Part shown: positions 61,201 to 64,000 of the stretch, in pieces
How positions within the stretch are numbered: position 1 is the first letter of the stretch
How the letters are laid out: each line of letters starts with the position of its first letter
Assembly: GCA_907165135.1 (NCBI GenBank)
Contig: OU015566.1
Location: 620,001-684,000 of the forward strand
Direction: 5' to 3'
DNA length: 64,000 nt
Source of the DNA: Oikopleura dioica
Lineage: Eukaryota > Animalia > Chordata
Program-made: the position numbers and the translations under genes
The notes under the pieces: generated by a model
What the model was told of the DNA's origin: nothing
The model's input: the letters and a program-made list of their open reading frames with translations, nothing else
Databases searched by the model: none

Positions 61201-63261
61201 CCATGTCGACAGACCAGCTGCTCGAATCCGAGCTCTACAACAGCCCACCAAAACTTCGCGTCGAGACTCGCAAACAAGAGCGCCCAGCTTCTATGTTCGT
61301 CAGAAATCATCACACGGACGACGAGAACGACTTCGGTCCACTGATCATCGACTCGGTGGTTCAGCCGTCCAAGGGCTCTTCGAAAATTGATCTGACAGAA
61401 TCGAAACCGAAGCGCTCGCCCGAGGCAAAGTCAAAGTTCGGTTTCGGCTTGAGAAAAGGAGTCTTCAAATCGCGTAAAAATAACGAGGAAAAAGAGAAGT
61501 CCAAGAGTCAGTCAGCTCTTGACGCCTCTGACCAATCATTTCGCCAGGAAAGCCCTCAGATGGCGGCAAAGAACCAAGATGAAACGCCAAAGAAATCATT
61601 CGCCTCCAGAATGGCGAGTTTCTCAAAGCGAAAGAAGCAAACTTCGAAGTCAAAACAGCCCGAACCACAGGGCGAAGTTCAAAACGCAAACCCTAACCCG
61701 CCAATGTCTCCGCGACAACAAGCGCACCAAAAACACTTGCACAACCGGCAGAACTCGCAAAATTCAAACAGCCACCAGCCAACTCAACAAAAATCTACCT
61801 CTCGATTGCCCGAGTACAGTCAAATTCGACCGCCATCAAATTCATCCCAACAATTTCTTTCCCCAAAACCTTATCGTCCGGGCGGCCAGCCAAACTTCGG
61901 AATTCAGCGAAATCATCCACCAGGTGCAGGGCGTGGAATCCCGGCGCCGCAGTTTTCTAAAAGCCCGCAAGTTAGGTTTGAAAAGGGGCAAAAACAGCGA
62001 CCACGGGCTTCGACGCATGAATGGTCCAAACCAAAAAGAAGAGGAGATATGAACTCTCAAAGGAAGGGTTGATTTTTGTCTTGAAATGAACGTCCTAAAT
62101 TCTCTTGAACATAAAATTCAAGAGAGAGGCGATTTTCTGGCAGTTAGATTTTCTGGCAGTTAGACTTTCTGGCAAAGGCGATTTTCTGGCACTGCCAGAA
62201 AATCTAATATGACAGAAAATCAAATTTCCAGAAAATCGCCTCTTTTAATTTTGAATATACAGTTAATGATCCCTGAAGGTAAAAAACGGAGAGAAGAAAA
62301 GCTCGGAATTCATCTTCTGATTCTTCTGAGGATGATTTCAAAAAACTAGTGCAGTTTTCTTAAGCTCGTCAAGACGAGTCGAATGATGGGTCTAACTCCT
62401 GATAACTCGTAGGATTGACCGGTTTACCGGCTGGTTACCGGAAAATACGTTGTCACCGGCCGTTTTTGTTCTAGAAGTGATAGACTAATGTTTGACACCG
62501 GAAATTGTTTCTTATAGTCAGTTCCCCTGCAGGGTAAAAGATGAAGTTTTAATCAATTCTCTGAAGAGAGTTATCACTAAAATACTATTTTTGGCGAAAA
62601 TGGTACTAGAAATTAGGAACGTGCAGCAACAACAAAATTTAAGTAAAAAGTACTGTTCTTAGTGATAACTCTCTTCAGAGTATTCATACAACCTTCATTT
62701 TTTACCCTGCAGGGGAAATGACTATAAGAAACAATTTCCGGTGTCAAACATTAGTCTATCACTTCTAGAACAAAAACGGCCGGTGACAACGTATTTTCCG
62801 GTAACCAGCCGGTAAACCGGTCAATCCTACGAGTTATCAGGAGTTAGACCCATCATTCGACTCGTCTTGACGAGCTTAAGAAAACTGCACTAGTTTTTTG
62901 AAATCATCCTCAGAAGAATCAGAAGATGAATTCCGAGCTTTTCTTTTCTCCGTTTTTTACCTTCAGGGATCATTAACTGGATATTCAAAATTCAAAGAGG
63001 CGATTTTCTGGAAATTAGATTTTCTGTCATATTAGATTTTCTGGCAGTGCCAGAAAATCGCCTTTGCCAGAAAGTCTAACTGCCAGAAAATCTAACTGCC
63101 AGAAAATCGCCTCTCTCAAAATTCAACACTCAAAAAGCCCTGGCTCCTTCTCTGGTGGCCCTCCTCCGCCAACCTCTCCACCAAGCGAAGGCTCCTCCAC
63201 CGCCAGGTTCGGCTTTGGCTACAACCGCCCGGATTCCAGAATGAAAACCTCCGACGTCTAA
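58279..63261 (+). CDS. SRCIN1/KIAA1217 (AIP3-type coiled-coil) family protein, multi-exon; 3' exon assignment uncertain
   Basis: IGDLKDRFPDL...FLQEEPARID...KALTQTLTTLKK resembles LTELKAHFPGL...FLKEEPHKLD...RSMTDVLTMLRR, recalled for this family. Confidence 0.7.
62122..63117. mobile_element. Mutator/foldback-type element (996 bp, arms ~460 bp)
   Basis: GAGAGAGGCG...CGCCTCTCTC ends; 9-bp TSD AAAATTCAA at 62113-62121 and 63118-63126; outer TTTTCTGGCAG repeats; ~78-bp spacer. Confidence 0.93.
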
Positions 63262-63393
63262 AATAAACCAAATTCAACAATTTTTTTGTCCTTTCTCATT
63301 CATTTGCTCAATAAAAATATTCTTCTCTACAGATGTTTTTTCTTATTTGTTTCCTCGTAATAAAGGGATAACACAATAACGCGGCATCTGAAA

Positions 63394-63777
63394 ATGATTA
63401 GTAGGACAACGAAATTTTACGAGCTTTTTGTGACGTTAAGTGTCCTTGTGGGCTCTGGCAAGCCCAGATTATCTTTTTTTCTGGCACGAAAACAAAGGAA
63501 AAAATACACGAAACAGAAACAAAATCAGATTTTTTTTCAAAGAAAAAAATTTTCAAATGTTGGTTTCTCTTATTTTTGGATTTTGCGCAGGAGAGATTTT
63601 GTATATCAAGAATTATGGCGAAAAGATTGATTTGAGGCGATTTGCGAGCTGTCATATTTATGATATGGAGCTGACGAAAACGATTACTGTCAAGTTGTCA
63701 GAAGATGAAGACGTAGAGTTTTTGGATATAAACGATGTTCAAGTTGGAATTGGTCACGTGCCTCTACCAATCCAGGT
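63394..63777 (+). CDS. Partial gene of unknown function (probably continues past the window end)
   Basis: Exon-like frame EILYIKNYGEKIDLRRFASCHIYD...PLPIQ ending at a GTAAA donor. Confidence 0.3.
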
Positions 63778-63792
63778 AAAATTTGGGGTTTT

Positions 63793-63936
63793 CGGCACGA
63801 GTCGACAAAAATTTCGAGAAATTTTGCGTTGGCGGCAATTCGGCCACTGATTGGCCGGCTAGCAAAATCAAGGCTTCTTATTGGTTGAAAATATCCACGC
63901 AAAATTTGTCGAAATTTTTTGTCGATTCGTGCCGCC
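63793..63936. mobile_element. MITE family A, copy 9
   Basis: ggcacgagtcgacaaaaa...gtcgattcgtgcc with the same core. Confidence 0.75.
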
Positions 63937-64000
63937 TTCCCAAAATTTTGGGTTTCTTGATGCATGAATAAGGGTTTCGAGCCGATAAAAGTAAGAAAAA

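Noticed and set aside
62122-63117. Assembly fold-back artefact
   Set aside because: A clean 9-bp TSD, a unique spacer and diverged inner arms argue for a real element
63064-63130. Start of ORF 63064-63261 as a gene start
   Set aside because: It begins inside the foldback arm; only the part after ~63135 could be a host exon

Overview
Eukaryotic genomic DNA, AT-rich and gene-dense, with introns mostly about 40-100 nt and several GA/GC donor introns. By inference it is most consistent with a larvacean tunicate (Oikopleura-like) genome. Mobile elements: one young, apparently intact 7,150-bp Ty3/Gypsy LTR retrotransposon (2083-9232, minus; 258-bp LTRs with 1 mismatch, CTGT target-site duplication [TSD]). 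It has a CCCH-finger Gag, gag and pol in one frame separated by UGA-CUAG, a duplicated polypurine tract (PPT) and an unexplained 3' ORF. Non-autonomous DNA transposons with recognisable TSDs include three hAT-type (8-bp TSD; one carries a 16-copy hairpin tandem array), two Mutator/foldback-type (9-bp TSD) and one TTAA-flanked element; there are also nine copies of a ~150-bp CCAAT-box MITE. Host genes: three tandem SLC38A9-like transporters, a class-V PLP C-S lyase, a membrane alpha-carbonic anhydrase, a candidate peptide precursor, an AdipoR/PAQR, two paralogous lectin-like orphans, spermine synthase, KDM1B/LSD2, HS2ST1, a ZP-domain protein, two candidate divergent Bcl-2-fold proteins, a Ser/Thr kinase, beta-tubulin, a folate-receptor-family protein, a Ly6/three-finger protein and a SRCIN1/KIAA1217-like gene. 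The last carries repeated fixed-spacing GTCACGT-N13-ACGTGAC hairpins, mostly in inferred introns. Gene boundaries were spliced by eye, and family assignments come from remembered motifs, not database searches.
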